From the IMG/VR virus record IMGVR_UViG_3300026097_000805, positions 96,001-160,000 of that record: DNA of 64,000 bases; one strand, given 5' to 3'. Position 1 is the first letter of the stretch; each line of letters begins with the position of its first letter. Shown here in pieces: positions 39,944-50,041 of this stretch. The notes below the pieces were generated by a model. That model saw nothing but the letters and a program-made list of their open reading frames with translations, was not told the DNA's origin and made no database searches. A program made the translations under genes and the position numbers. The stretch is from a virus.

Positions 39944-40378
39944 CTATGCGTTTTCTTCTTTGTAGGCTGCTAATGTTTTAGTAAACTTATTAGCATGAGA
40001 ACGTTCTGCTTTGGCTAGTGTTTCAAACCAATCTGCGATCTCATCATACCCTTCGTCACGAGCTGTCTTAGCCATTCCTGGGTACATGTCTGTATATTCA
40101 TGTGTCTCTCCTGAAATAGCACTTTCAAGAGCTTCTTCTACAGACTTAGCTGGAAGCCCAGTTTCTGGATCACCAGAACCACCTTCAATTAGGTATTCCA
40201 TGTGACCGTGTGCGTGACCAGTCTCGCCTTCTGCTGTATTACGAAATACATTGGCTACATCTGGTGCGCCTTGAATATCTGCTTCGTTTGCAAAGTAGAG
40301 ATAACGACGATTGGCTTTTGATTCGCCTGCGAAAGCATCTTTCAATGCCTGTTCTGTTTTAGTACCTTTTAGGCTCAT
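39944..40378 (-). CDS. rbr: Rubrerythrin (ferritin-like domain only)
   Basis: [29 protein letters not shown]. Confidence 0.92.
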   Translation of the reverse strand: MSLKGTKTEQALKDAFAGESKANRRYLYFANEADIQGAPDVANVFRNTAEGETGHAHGHMEYLIEGGSGDPETGLPAKSVEEALESAISGETHEYTDMYPGMAKTARDEGYDEIADWFETLAKAERSHANKFTKTLAAYKEENA

Positions 40379-40494
40379 AGTTTCCTCCTTTTGTTGTAAA
40401 ACTACATGTATATTATACAGAGTATTTACATAGAAATCAACTATAAAATGCGTGGTTTATAATGTTATTTTTAAATAGACCTAATAGACTAAAT

Positions 40495-40950
40495 CTATTT
40501 TGCAAAAGCAACCAGTCCCCAAATGCCAAATCCTATCAGCGCAACCACGCCCACAACTGCACCAACTATGATCAAAGTGTTTTGAAGTGCAGCTTTTCTT
40601 TTCATCTTGGCACGCTTCTTTTGTTTCTCTTCTTCTTCACGAGATTTTTTCATGTCTGATTGAAACTTTAACCAATCATCCCACATGCCGCCGCGACCTT
40701 GATAGATCATCATGTTCTTCAACTCTTCTTCTTGTTTCTTGAGTTGTTCAGCGGCCATGAACGCTTGCAGATCACTTTTGTATCCGTGTTCATGTGCTTT
40801 CTTTTGTATTTCGGTTTTCAGTCCGAAGTATTCCGCGACTGCTTCACCAGCCTCGTATATTTCTTTGCCGTTCTGTATGCTTTGTTTGATGACGTCAAAC
40901 GCGGCATTAGCGGCTGCTAATTCAGCGATCATAGTGGTGCCCTCCTCCAC
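40495..40950 (-). CDS. Hypothetical protein with C-terminal TM helix
   Basis: ORF with GGAGG SD. Confidence 0.5.
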   Translation of the reverse strand: MEEGTTMIAELAAANAAFDVIKQSIQNGKEIYEAGEAVAEYFGLKTEIQKKAHEHGYKSDLQAFMAAEQLKKQEEELKNMMIYQGRGGMWDDWLKFQSDMKKSREEEEKQKKRAKMKRKAALQNTLIIVGAVVGVVALIGFGIWGLVAFAK

Positions 40951-40963
40951 TAATACTATTTAT

Positions 40964-41500
40964 CTACACACTGCTCTCTCTACGAATGCTCAAAGCACGA
41001 TGAGCAGGATATAGCTCTATGCTAACCTTGTTGTTTTGATTGCCGCCTAGTATCCTATAATACTTTACGTTTCCAATAATAACCTCGCCAAAATAAAATC
41101 CAACATGCCCCTGCCAAGATACATTACCTCTGGGGAATACTACAATGTCTCCTGTGCGAGGTTCATCAACTTCTGTGCCCCAATGGAGGAAGCTTCTAGC
41201 TGTAAGAGGATATTCACTTACACTACTACTTCCATCTATGCCGCTGTCACGCAACACCGCATTTACGAATGCCGCACACCACTCTGTGCGCACAGGATCT
41301 ACTCCAGTGAGATCTTTCAATTCTGTTCTATGGCTGTATTCTCCATAGTCCAAATATTGAAATGCTATCATTGCGGTATGTAGTGCAGGTTCAGGCTTTT
41401 CAAAAAAAGGACGACTCTGCGGGAAAGGTATTTGGTCGCTAGGAGCTTCAGCGGAGCTACATCCTGCCAACAGCATCAATGATAAAAGTAAAGACCTCAT
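40964..41500 (-). CDS. TIGR02594-like NlpC/P60/CHAP peptidoglycan hydrolase, lipoprotein
   Basis: LAGC lipobox; WCAAFV, GHVGF, LGGNQ. Confidence 0.8.
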   Translation of the reverse strand: MRSLLLSLMLLAGCSSAEAPSDQIPFPQSRPFFEKPEPALHTAMIAFQYLDYGEYSHRTELKDLTGVDPVRTEWCAAFVNAVLRDSGIDGSSSVSEYPLTARSFLHWGTEVDEPRTGDIVVFPRGNVSWQGHVGFYFGEVIIGNVKYYRILGGNQNNKVSIELYPAHRALSIRRESSV

Positions 41501-41511
41501 TATTCAATCCT

Positions 41512-42147
41512 TTACATATCATTCAAAGGATTATCAAGTGCTTCTTGTAGCAACTCTCTAATGTCTTTGTCCAGCTGACGCATGTCTTCGTCTATACGAC
41601 CTTCAGTTGTTCGCATTGTATCACGCACATCTTTTTCAGTTTCTCTGTTAAGACTTTCAACTTCACGGATGCTTTGTGCAACATCCTTCTCAACTTGATT
41701 CATATCGTTGCGTACACCTTCAAGTGTTGCTTCAATGCTTGCCTGTGCTGCTTTTACGCGAGCTTCTGACTCATCTACTTTGTCTTCCATTCTGTCTACT
41801 GCTTGTTCAGTTTTTAGAATATCATCACGTAGTCCGTCTTTGATGTCGCGAGTGTAATCAACTGCTTCTTCCAATTTGATTTCAATTAGAGACATTCTTT
41901 CATCGTAGCTTGCCATAAGCTCTTGATACTCTTGCTGTTGATCAACAAACGCTATTGCTTCTTCAATTTTTTGATACATCAAGAAGCCCCCATATAGTGA
42001 ACCAATTACAGCACCAATTACACTTACAAGTGCTGTTGCACTTACGAACGTCACTTTTATACCAAACACACGAAACTCTTTGTTCTTTAGATTTTCTATG
42101 CCCTCTTCCATATTTTCTAGGCTTTCACCTAAGTCTTTGTCAGCCAT
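41512..42147 (-). CDS. Membrane-anchored coiled-coil protein
   Basis: One TM segment followed by a long heptad region. Confidence 0.55.
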   Translation of the reverse strand: MADKDLGESLENMEEGIENLKNKEFRVFGIKVTFVSATALVSVIGAVIGSLYGGFLMYQKIEEAIAFVDQQQEYQELMASYDERMSLIEIKLEEAVDYTRDIKDGLRDDILKTEQAVDRMEDKVDESEARVKAAQASIEATLEGVRNDMNQVEKDVAQSIREVESLNRETEKDVRDTMRTTEGRIDEDMRQLDKDIRELLQEALDNPLNDM

Positions 42148-42162
42148 TGCCCTCTCCTTAAA

Positions 42163-42540
42163 TTAGAAACGCTTTTGTGTTCCTATAACAATTCCTCTAT
42201 CAAAACTGCCATCTGGTTGTACTTGTCCACCTGGCATTGCCCATATAGTTAAACTATCTGTGACTTCATACCCTAAACGCACAAATGGTGTCATAGGTAT
42301 ATCAAATTCTTCTTGTATTCCATCGTAGCCAGTTGCCCATCCTAGCTCAATAAAACTGTCATCTGTAAAGTTCCAACTCTTTTTAGCATACAAACTAACA
42401 TTGCTTTCGCTGTTGTATGTGACACCAACAGCATAATGACTCTGCGTTTCATATTCTACAAAAGGATGATACTTGTTAAATTCAGCGTCATTAAAGCCTG
42501 CGTGTATGCTTAGTGCTAGTCCAAAACTAATAGGATCCAT
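42163..42540 (-). CDS. Small outer-membrane beta-barrel-like protein
   Basis: Alternating aromatic beta pattern; C-terminal Phe. Confidence 0.5.
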   Translation of the reverse strand: MDPISFGLALSIHAGFNDAEFNKYHPFVEYETQSHYAVGVTYNSESNVSLYAKKSWNFTDDSFIELGWATGYDGIQEEFDIPMTPFVRLGYEVTDSLTIWAMPGGQVQPDGSFDRGIVIGTQKRF

Positions 42541-42835
42541 TTTTCATTCCTTTATATTCTTTATTTAATTCGCCCTTAAGAATACGCTTTTCTACTTTAA
42601 AGGCAGTGTTGTCCTTTGTACTGCGTGTTTCGTATTCGCCAGTATTTACCCATTCGCTGGTCCAATAAACCACAGGAGATTTTTTAGTTTTGTTTCTCAT
42701 TGATAGTTCCTTGTCCAAGCTGGTGTTCTGCCAAGATCTTTATAATCAGATACCGCTATACCTATCCATCCCCAAGCATGTCCTACAGCTACGCCGCCAA
42801 GTAAGCCTACTATTACAATAATCAGAGCCAGTAAA

Positions 42836-45094
42836 TTAGTTCTCATACTGACTCCTCACCATTTGTCTGTGTAGTGCATCACTTGCACCATTAAACAGTC
42901 CTGCTCTTGGGTTGTCATATGTTTTTTGATCTTCGTACACACCTTGATCATTGTATATGTCGCCACCTGGCATTTGTGGCTGTTGATATGCTCTAAAGTT
43001 TGGATTGTATCCTAGCAGTGCTGCTTGTGCATCTTCGTCATCTGATCCTGCTAGTGCTTCTGCTACCAGTGCATCCTCTTGTGCGTTCTGCGATTCAACT
43101 GATGCTTCAGCACTTTCTTCTGCTGTTTCCTCTGCGTCTGCTACAGCTTGTGTAATCAAAGTTGATGTTATATCATTTATTATTTGATTGATAGGGTTAG
43201 TAGGATCGTTAAGCATTGCCAGTTGTGTTAGTGCTTCATTTGATGTAGCAAGGTCTTGTTCGCCTGTGATGTCATTGGTTTCAACTGCGCCGCCGCTTGC
43301 TAATGGATTGCTGTCTTGTGCAGTTTGTCCTGTGCTTGCGAAGTCAGTAGAGCCAAACGAATCATTTGACTGCGATCCGTTGTTTGATCCTGTTGCACCA
43401 TTTTGTGATTCACCATTGTCTGACCCACTGGCAAAACTTTGTCCACCGTTTGAGTTAGAACCAAACTCAAAGTTGCTTCCGCCTTGAATGCCGCCATTTG
43501 CACTTGTGCTGCCCGTAGGATCTACACTTGTTAGTGTGCTGCTTACACCGCCAGACTCAGACAAGCCAATGCCTGCGCTTGCTTGTGCCGCTGCTGTGCT
43601 TGATGATACAGCACTGTTGGCTACATTGTTAGCCGCATCTAATGCACTTAACTGTGTTGCGTTTAATCCTGTGCCCGCTGACTTTGTTTCGTCTGATGCT
43701 TCTGTGGTTGCTTGTTCAGTTGTTTCTTGTACAGGATCTGGTGTTGCTTCTGCTACTGCTTCTTGTACAGGATCTGGTTCTCCTGTTGCTTCTGCTACTG
43801 GATCTGACATTCCGTTGTCTGAGCCCGTATCTGAACCGTCATCTATAACTGCACCAGTTGCGTCAGCAAGTTGTTCAGTGGTTCCCGTAGTATCGTCAAA
43901 TGTTCCTGTACTACCATCGTTTGCAGTAGTTTGCACACTTGCGACTGCTCCAGTGTTTACATCATCTATTGTGTTGGTGCTTGCAATCTGTGCCATCATA
44001 GCATCATTGTATCCAGGACATGCAGGATCGTATAGCGGATCTGCAATGCACTGACTGGTTAACAAAGTATCTTCAACCGTAGTATCTTCTGCCGCAGGAT
44101 TGCCTGTGTATCTGTAATTCAGTTTGATTGAAGGATTTGCAAACTCTGGACCATAGTATCCTGCCCAGTATCCCAAATCTCTACCAGTCACGCTCAGTTC
44201 AATCTCTGACAGCGTATTTACATCAAACGGGTTAGCGAATGTTTCTTCTCCACTAACAGTTGTCCATTGTTCTATATATTGACTGTAGTCATAGGTTTTA
44301 GAAAAAACTGCGTTTCCTTGTGTATCACGGATAACAACTTCCACATAAAAAGTATCAGGAGTGTTTCTACCATTACCACTGTCTTTGTAGCCAGCATCTA
44401 TGTTCTTCACGCTCCACGAATAGTTGTAGCCTGTTGCTTCTACGCCTGCTTCTTCTAGTGCGATGTTTATTGCGGCGAGGTTTGTTAGCGTTTGTTGGAC
44501 ATATCCAAAGTTAATCTGTCCATCCGCCGCACCAACGTATTGATCGTTAATAGTAGGACATGATCCGCCTGAAGTTCCGCCCCATCCTTGATTGAGAGTA
44601 TAACATCCATCCCAATACTGAGAAGTGTCGCCCATTAAGTCACCTGTCTGCATTACTATTTGATCTGGAAAGCCGTTGGTCCAGTCCATTTTGTCAATTT
44701 GTACATATGAGTAAGTTGAGTCCACTGCTCTATCTTTACAGATATCTGAACGACCTATATATACTTGGTTTACATCATCACGAATGCAGATGTATTCATT
44801 TCCTAGCACACCGTCTGTGCCAGTTGTAAATCCTTCACTATAAAAATACTCACCAACCTCATATCCTTGTTTGATCAACAGTTCAGTTAGGTCAGCAAGG
44901 TCTGTGTATTGACTATTTGCAAACGGGTTTTCTTTAGAATAAGTAGGAGTTGGCTCAGCAGTCTGAGTCGTAGTAGGCTCAGCCATAGCAGGTTCTTGGT
45001 AAGTCTCTTGCGCTAGTGCAGGATTATATGCCCAGAAGCAGAGTAAGCAAGCCAGCAGCAAGGATACCTTGGACTGCACCTTCAACTTTATCAT
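42836..45094 (-). CDS. Exported 752-aa protein with low-complexity acidic linker
   Basis: Signal peptide; CIADPLYDPACPGY motif; A/S/G/T/E-rich region. Confidence 0.6.
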   Translation of the reverse strand: MIKLKVQSKVSLLLACLLCFWAYNPALAQETYQEPAMAEPTTTQTAEPTPTYSKENPFANSQYTDLADLTELLIKQGYEVGEYFYSEGFTTGTDGVLGNEYICIRDDVNQVYIGRSDICKDRAVDSTYSYVQIDKMDWTNGFPDQIVMQTGDLMGDTSQYWDGCYTLNQGWGGTSGGSCPTINDQYVGAADGQINFGYVQQTLTNLAAINIALEEAGVEATGYNYSWSVKNIDAGYKDSGNGRNTPDTFYVEVVIRDTQGNAVFSKTYDYSQYIEQWTTVSGEETFANPFDVNTLSEIELSVTGRDLGYWAGYYGPEFANPSIKLNYRYTGNPAAEDTTVEDTLLTSQCIADPLYDPACPGYNDAMMAQIASTNTIDDVNTGAVASVQTTANDGSTGTFDDTTGTTEQLADATGAVIDDGSDTGSDNGMSDPVAEATGEPDPVQEAVAEATPDPVQETTEQATTEASDETKSAGTGLNATQLSALDAANNVANSAVSSSTAAAQASAGIGLSESGGVSSTLTSVDPTGSTSANGGIQGGSNFEFGSNSNGGQSFASGSDNGESQNGATGSNNGSQSNDSFGSTDFASTGQTAQDSNPLASGGAVETNDITGEQDLATSNEALTQLAMLNDPTNPINQIINDITSTLITQAVADAEETAEESAEASVESQNAQEDALVAEALAGSDDEDAQAALLGYNPNFRAYQQPQMPGGDIYNDQGVYEDQKTYDNPRAGLFNGASDALHRQMVRSQYEN

Positions 45095-46073
45095 TGCGTC
45101 TTGTCTCCTGTTCTATGTTGGTTGGTTGCATCTCAGGATTTGCTTCCCATTGTGCTCTGGCTTCTGCGCCAATTGAACCATCAAACGGACAAGGTGTTCC
45201 TGCCATTTCCATAGCACGATATACGTTAGGATCTTGACACATCAAACTAACCGCCGCAACTTTCATGCCCATATTGTAGAGTGTTTTGGAGTTCTTTAGT
45301 CGCTCACAGTTCATATCGCGAACATGTCCGCCGCCTGATGCACCTAATATCTGTGTTTGTACAGCCGCTGAATATGTCACAGTACAAGTGTCATTGCCAC
45401 CCATTTGCACAGTAGGAGCAATAGCAGTTGGAGGTGGTGATTTGATAGTCTGTGTGATCTCACTAGTGTTATTATTGTTGTTGTTATTGGTATTGGTGTT
45501 TTCTGATGTACTGTCTACAGTTGTATTATTAGTATTGTTGTTTGTGTTGGTATTTGTGTTATTACTAGTCACATTACTGTTTACATTTTGATCAATAGTT
45601 TGATCAATTGTGCTGTCAGTGGTTTGATTGATTGTGCTATCGTTGGTACTGTTGATAGTGCTGTTGTTGGTATTATTGGTGGTCTGATCAATTGTGCTGG
45701 TATTAACATTTGTGTTGGTATTGGTATTGTTTGTACCCCCACTTAAAATATTATTATTAGTATTAATATTCGTGTTGGTGCTAGTACTATCAACGGTTGT
45801 GTTGTTAGTATTTAGATTAGTATTTGTGTTCGTGTTGGTATTTGTACTGTTTATAGTGCTAGTATTGACATTAGTGTTGGTGTTTGTACTGTCAATAGTA
45901 GTATTGTTTGTGTTTGTGTTTGTAGAATTTACTGTACTGTTTGTTGTAGTATTGCTGTCTGTACCTACATAGCTAGAGCTGTCGTAGGTGACGCCGTCCA
46001 CAACAGTCTCTGCAACTGCCGTAGTACCGTAAGTAAGTGTGATGGCTGCGACCATCCATAGCATCTTTTTCAT
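45024..46073 (-). CDS. Exported protein with long Asn/Thr repeat and Cys-containing domain
   Basis: Signal peptide; TNTNTN repeats; CERLK...MGMKVAAV..MCQD...GTPCP. Confidence 0.6.
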   Translation of the reverse strand: MKKMLWMVAAITLTYGTTAVAETVVDGVTYDSSSYVGTDSNTTTNSTVNSTNTNTNNTTIDSTNTNTNVNTSTINSTNTNTNTNTNLNTNNTTVDSTSTNTNINTNNNILSGGTNNTNTNTNVNTSTIDQTTNNTNNSTINSTNDSTINQTTDSTIDQTIDQNVNSNVTSNNTNTNTNNNTNNTTVDSTSENTNTNNNNNNNTSEITQTIKSPPPTAIAPTVQMGGNDTCTVTYSAAVQTQILGASGGGHVRDMNCERLKNSKTLYNMGMKVAAVSLMCQDPNVYRAMEMAGTPCPFDGSIGAEARAQWEANPEMQPTNIEQETRRNDKVEGAVQGILAAGLLTLLLGI

Positions 46074-46152
46074 CTGAAGCCCCCGAATTATAGAAGAACG
46101 CCCTCACGCTCTACTATTAGTATTTATAGCCAGAGATTGAAAATATATAAGA

Positions 46153-47847
46153 CTATTTAATTTTGAAATTAAATCCTGCAGGGGGTTTAGTAGCGTAGAA
46201 ATAACTTCCTGCTTCTAGTTTGATATCTCCGTCGAACACAGGCGGATAAATTACATCAAACTTACTAAAACTTGCTTGATCACCTTTGGCTGTCAGTGTA
46301 GTCATAACTTGAATCATGTTAGAACTTTCAAGGACTGTGGCAAAGAAGCTGTAGGTTTGTTCTTTGTCTTCGTTGAATTTGTCAGCTACCATTCTTGCAA
46401 GGCTTGCTGTTGAATGATAGCTTACTCTATACAAAGGATGATCTGTTTTTGGTTTATAACCTGGATAATTTATGGTCATCTCGTAGAATTTGCCATTATC
46501 TATAGCCATTAATGCTTCGGCATCATTTGGATTACTTGTTAATACTTCGTATGCTTGATTAGCAACTTCTGCAGTAATTAATCCCATATCAGCTGCTAAA
46601 TCAAATGCAACCTTTTTACCTGATGAAGCTTCAATAACTCTTAGTCTTGAAATGTATTCTGCATATCGTTCTTCAAAGTCTGGCACACGTTCCTTTATCA
46701 CTTCTAGCTTATTATTAATAGTATCAATGATGCTTGAAATACTTGCCGCGGCACCGCCTCCCTTATCTTTTGAACTTACTCCAATTCTACTACCGTTTGG
46801 TGTGATTAAATAACTATCAACTAGTTTTTCTGCAATGTCTTCAGGAAATTCAACCTGTGTAATACTAGTAAATTTAGTGCCTGGGTCTAACAGTCCTAAT
46901 AATTGTTCTTCCGCGGCTTGAATTGAACCTGTGACATTAATACCTCTAGTGATAGCAAGGGGTGCTGCTACTTCGCCAAATTCTACTTCATAATTTGCTT
47001 TGTATTCAGGATTGATAGTAGTAGGTGCACCTCCTAAATTTTCTAGTAGTTCAACAAGCGTTGTTTGATCTTCTGGAGCAATCTTATCTTGTACACCTCT
47101 TTGAACTTCTGAAATAAGATTGTTAATAGAAATAACACGATCAGTAATACCTACTTCTAATGGGCCAAAGTTTACATTTCCTGATCTACCTGTAGCTCCT
47201 GCCGCTCGTTTTTGTTCTAGTTCAATGCCTACAGCTTTACAATCTCTAACGAAATGCGATACCTGCCAAAAAATATGCCCGTCTGTCTTTTTAGCCGCAT
47301 AGTATTTTCCGACCCATTCGCGACCTTTTTCACTTGTTAGTTCAACTACTAGAGCAGCGAAGCCCGTGCTAGGTTTTTGGCCTCCTGTCCACTTAATAGT
47401 GTCAACATTCATACCAGTTGCTTCTTTTAGTTCTGCGGCAAATTGTTCTTCTGGATCTGCTGATGACACACCTTTGTTTTCTAATTCTTGTAGTGCAGCA
47501 TCTGAAAGGAAGTTAATATTGCTAGTTGCAATTTTTTGTAAATCGCTAGGATTGCTAGTTTGTAGGATATTATCTATTTCGCTTTGTAGTGCTGAATCTA
47601 GTTCTGTTGCATTGTTAAACTTTGCTTGTAGTTGTTTGATATATCCTGGCGATAGTGTAGAAGACGCATACTTTAATGTTCTTTCGTCAGTAGGAAATTT
47701 CCATGCATTAGTTGCTTGCACAACAGTACCATCTGGCTTAGTAAAGCTAGCACCGCGGCCGCCTTGTGTATCAATAACTGTGCCTATGATACCACGATTG
47801 GCTTCAAAAAGTTTCTGTTCTACTAATCTAAATTCACGATAACGCAT
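46153..47847 (-). CDS. Hypothetical protein (564 aa)
   Basis: Long ORF preceded by CATAAATA. Confidence 0.55.
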   Translation of the reverse strand: MRYREFRLVEQKLFEANRGIIGTVIDTQGGRGASFTKPDGTVVQATNAWKFPTDERTLKYASSTLSPGYIKQLQAKFNNATELDSALQSEIDNILQTSNPSDLQKIATSNINFLSDAALQELENKGVSSADPEEQFAAELKEATGMNVDTIKWTGGQKPSTGFAALVVELTSEKGREWVGKYYAAKKTDGHIFWQVSHFVRDCKAVGIELEQKRAAGATGRSGNVNFGPLEVGITDRVISINNLISEVQRGVQDKIAPEDQTTLVELLENLGGAPTTINPEYKANYEVEFGEVAAPLAITRGINVTGSIQAAEEQLLGLLDPGTKFTSITQVEFPEDIAEKLVDSYLITPNGSRIGVSSKDKGGGAAASISSIIDTINNKLEVIKERVPDFEERYAEYISRLRVIEASSGKKVAFDLAADMGLITAEVANQAYEVLTSNPNDAEALMAIDNGKFYEMTINYPGYKPKTDHPLYRVSYHSTASLARMVADKFNEDKEQTYSFFATVLESSNMIQVMTTLTAKGDQASFSKFDVIYPPVFDGDIKLEAGSYFYATKPPAGFNFKIK

Positions 47848-47870
47848 ACTAATTCCCTACTTTGAAGTAT

Positions 47871-48563
47871 TTATGCTACTTTAGGAAACAACATGTCTCT
47901 ACAGAACAAGTCAACGTCCTCTTCTGGCAAGCCTAGGCTTTTCATTGTACGAGGAGTGTGCGGATTTTGTTGCTGGTTGTGTGCATAATAGTTTTGTGAT
48001 GCAATAACTAAGTCTCTATCCCCAAAGCCCACAAACTCAGGTGCTTCTTCGAGGTAAGCACGTAGATTATCTAGTGCTAGTTCTATAATTGCAACTGCTT
48101 CTTCTTCAGTGTTTACATTGCCTGCGGCTAGCATATGATCTGAAAAGATGTTGCGAGCCCATTCAGGTAGTTCACGCTTTTTCTTTGGAATAAACTCTGC
48201 TACACTTTCTGCATAACCTTCCATCATAGGATGTTCTGGGTTTGCACTTGCACTAAAGTCAAGGAATGCCCCTGTCATTTTGTTCTTACCAGCGATAACA
48301 TCAAATCCAAAGATAGGTGCATCACTGTTTAGCACAGGCATACAAGTCACATGCATCATCCAAAGGCCCTTTGAATCTCTTGCGTCAACTACATCGATGT
48401 GTGCTCGTCTCACACTATTGTTTTGCCATGTACGATTGATCCAACCACTGCCTGGCTTGTTAAAATTTTCCAGTCCTGGCTCTTTATATTCTACAGCATA
48501 GTGGTCAAACAGATTGATAATTTCTTTCTGGCATTCTATAAGCTTAGTCCAGATAATGCTCAA
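47871..48563 (-). CDS. Ferredoxin-dependent bilin reductase (PcyX/PcyA-like)
   Basis: RRAHI, MMH...P...DAPIFGFD.IAG, GAFLDFS, R.LPEWA.NIFS, QNYY...Q..NPHT; adjacent to heme oxygenase. Confidence 0.85.
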   Translation of the reverse strand: MSIIWTKLIECQKEIINLFDHYAVEYKEPGLENFNKPGSGWINRTWQNNSVRRAHIDVVDARDSKGLWMMHVTCMPVLNSDAPIFGFDVIAGKNKMTGAFLDFSASANPEHPMMEGYAESVAEFIPKKKRELPEWARNIFSDHMLAAGNVNTEEEAVAIIELALDNLRAYLEEAPEFVGFGDRDLVIASQNYYAHNQQQNPHTPRTMKSLGLPEEDVDLFCRDMLFPKVA

Positions 48564-49104
48564 TGTCTAACTCCATTAGTTCTTGAAATAATTTTGTGCT
48601 AAATTCAAAACATCTACGAGCTTCGTCTGCCATGCCGTCGTGTGTTTTTGCTCTGATTGCTTCTTTTGTACTAGCAATATCACCTTCGAACTTGTACATA
48701 CGTCCTTCACCTGGAGCCTTGCGAGCAATCATTTGTCCGCCGCTTAGATCGCCCATATGTAGAACATAAATGTGTGCCATAATAGCATCAGGATCTTGTA
48801 ATTTGTCTTTCATATGAGTCATAAATTCGTCAGTGCTCGGCAATACTACAGGTGCTTCTTTTCGGTTCCATAGTTCAAGAAAATCTTGCTCAATAGCTAT
48901 TTTCCTACGTATGTCAATTGGCAAGTCTGCTAGTAATCCGTGTGCTGTTGCAAGCGCCTCGATTAAATCATATTTTTTATGTTGGTTCCAAAGATATGTA
49001 GCATAAAATTCAGGGTTAATGCGGCCGCTCATTAACACCTTAACAAATGCCTGCCGTTCTGCATCTGTGTGTTGTTCTTTAGTAAGTTCTTTTAAATTAC
49101 TCAT
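48544..49104 (-). CDS. hemO: Heme oxygenase
   Basis: LKE.T...H..AE, AH.YV..MGDLSGGQMI, EA...F. Confidence 0.9.
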   Translation of the reverse strand: MSNLKELTKEQHTDAERQAFVKVLMSGRINPEFYATYLWNQHKKYDLIEALATAHGLLADLPIDIRRKIAIEQDFLELWNRKEAPVVLPSTDEFMTHMKDKLQDPDAIMAHIYVLHMGDLSGGQMIARKAPGEGRMYKFEGDIASTKEAIRAKTHDGMADEARRCFEFSTKLFQELMELDIEHYLD

Positions 49105-49415
49105 TCTGTTTCCATTTTAATTACAAGAGGAAAGCCATTTTCTCTACTAGCTGTAATTGCTTCTGCTGTTTTTTGTTCTGCTATTTCGTATGTATACACA
49201 CCTACTACTCCAGAACCTTCATTGTGAATCGTAAGAGTAATTTTTTCAGCAGTCTCTTGACTGTGTTTAAAAATAGTTGTTAATAGACCGATTACCCATT
49301 CCATTGGAGTTTTTTCATCGTTAAGCATTATAATTTTATATTTTTTTGGTTCTTCAATATCTTTTTCAATCTTTTCATCTATCTTGATATCTTCTAAAAT
49401 ATCTACATCACTCAT
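49101..49415 (-). CDS. clpS: ClpS N-end rule adaptor
   Basis: Y.IIMLNDE.TPME.V, IH..G.GVVG.Y..EIAE.K, GFPL. Confidence 0.92.
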   Translation of the reverse strand: MSDVDILEDIKIDEKIEKDIEEPKKYKIIMLNDEKTPMEWVIGLLTTIFKHSQETAEKITLTIHNEGSGVVGVYTYEIAEQKTAEAITASRENGFPLVIKMETE

Positions 49416-49433
49416 TGTTATCCCCTTTAGTGC

Positions 49434-49459
49434 AAAAAATGGGGGAGCTTAACTCCCCC
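49434..49459 (-). terminator. Intrinsic terminator after hsp20
   Basis: GGGGAG-N5-CTCCCC stem followed by a T-tract. Confidence 0.75.
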
Positions 49460-49468
49460 TAGACTCGA

Positions 49469-49939
49469 TTACTCGCCGTCGGTGTCAATTGCTTCTTGTA
49501 CATGACCATTCCAGTCAGTAATAGCAATCTTTTTAGGTTGTAGTTCTTCTGGTACTTCACGCTTAAGGTGTACATTAAGCATACCTAAGTCAAGGCCAGC
49601 ACTTACTACTTCTACATGGTCAGCTAGTGTAAACTCTCTACGGAAGTTGCGTCCACCGATTCCTTTGTGTAGATAGTTTACATGTTCATCGCCTTTCGGA
49701 GATGTACCTTCAATACGAAGAATGTTCTTATCTTTAGTCACGTCTAAATTATCCATACCAAAGCCTGCGACAGCTATACTAATCATGTATTCGTCGTCGT
49801 TAATTTGCGCTATGTTGTATGGTGGATAACCGTTTGACTGTGAATTAGCAAAGTTTCTTTCTAATTCGTCGAACATTCTATCAAAGCCAATAGTTGCTCT
49901 GTGGAATTGAGGTAGGTCTAGAGTTGTTAGTCTTGTCAT
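49469..49939 (-). CDS. ibpA: Small heat shock protein
   Basis: IGFDRMF, YPPYNI, AVAGF, YLHKGI..R.F.R.F.LA, GMLNV.L.R.VPE. Confidence 0.95.
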   Translation of the reverse strand: MTRLTTLDLPQFHRATIGFDRMFDELERNFANSQSNGYPPYNIAQINDDEYMISIAVAGFGMDNLDVTKDKNILRIEGTSPKGDEHVNYLHKGIGGRNFRREFTLADHVEVVSAGLDLGMLNVHLKREVPEELQPKKIAITDWNGHVQEAIDTDGE

Positions 49940-50003
49940 TTTGTTTCTCCTTTATAAAAGCAAGATTAATGTAATGTAGAACCCTTTCGGCATCCTACAT
50001 TAC
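49940..50003 (-). promoter_or_regulatory. ROSE-like RNA thermometer in the ibpA 5' UTR
   Basis: 5' hairpin, then CTTGCTT able to pair with the AAGGAG SD with a bulged G. Confidence 0.65.
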
Positions 50004-50041
50004 TATTTATACACAGAATTATCTAAACTGTCAAGTTTTGA

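Noticed and set aside
45450-45960. Tandem repeats as a CRISPR array or DGR
   Set aside because: These are low-complexity in-frame Asn/Thr codons; no spacers, cas genes or reverse transcriptase are present.
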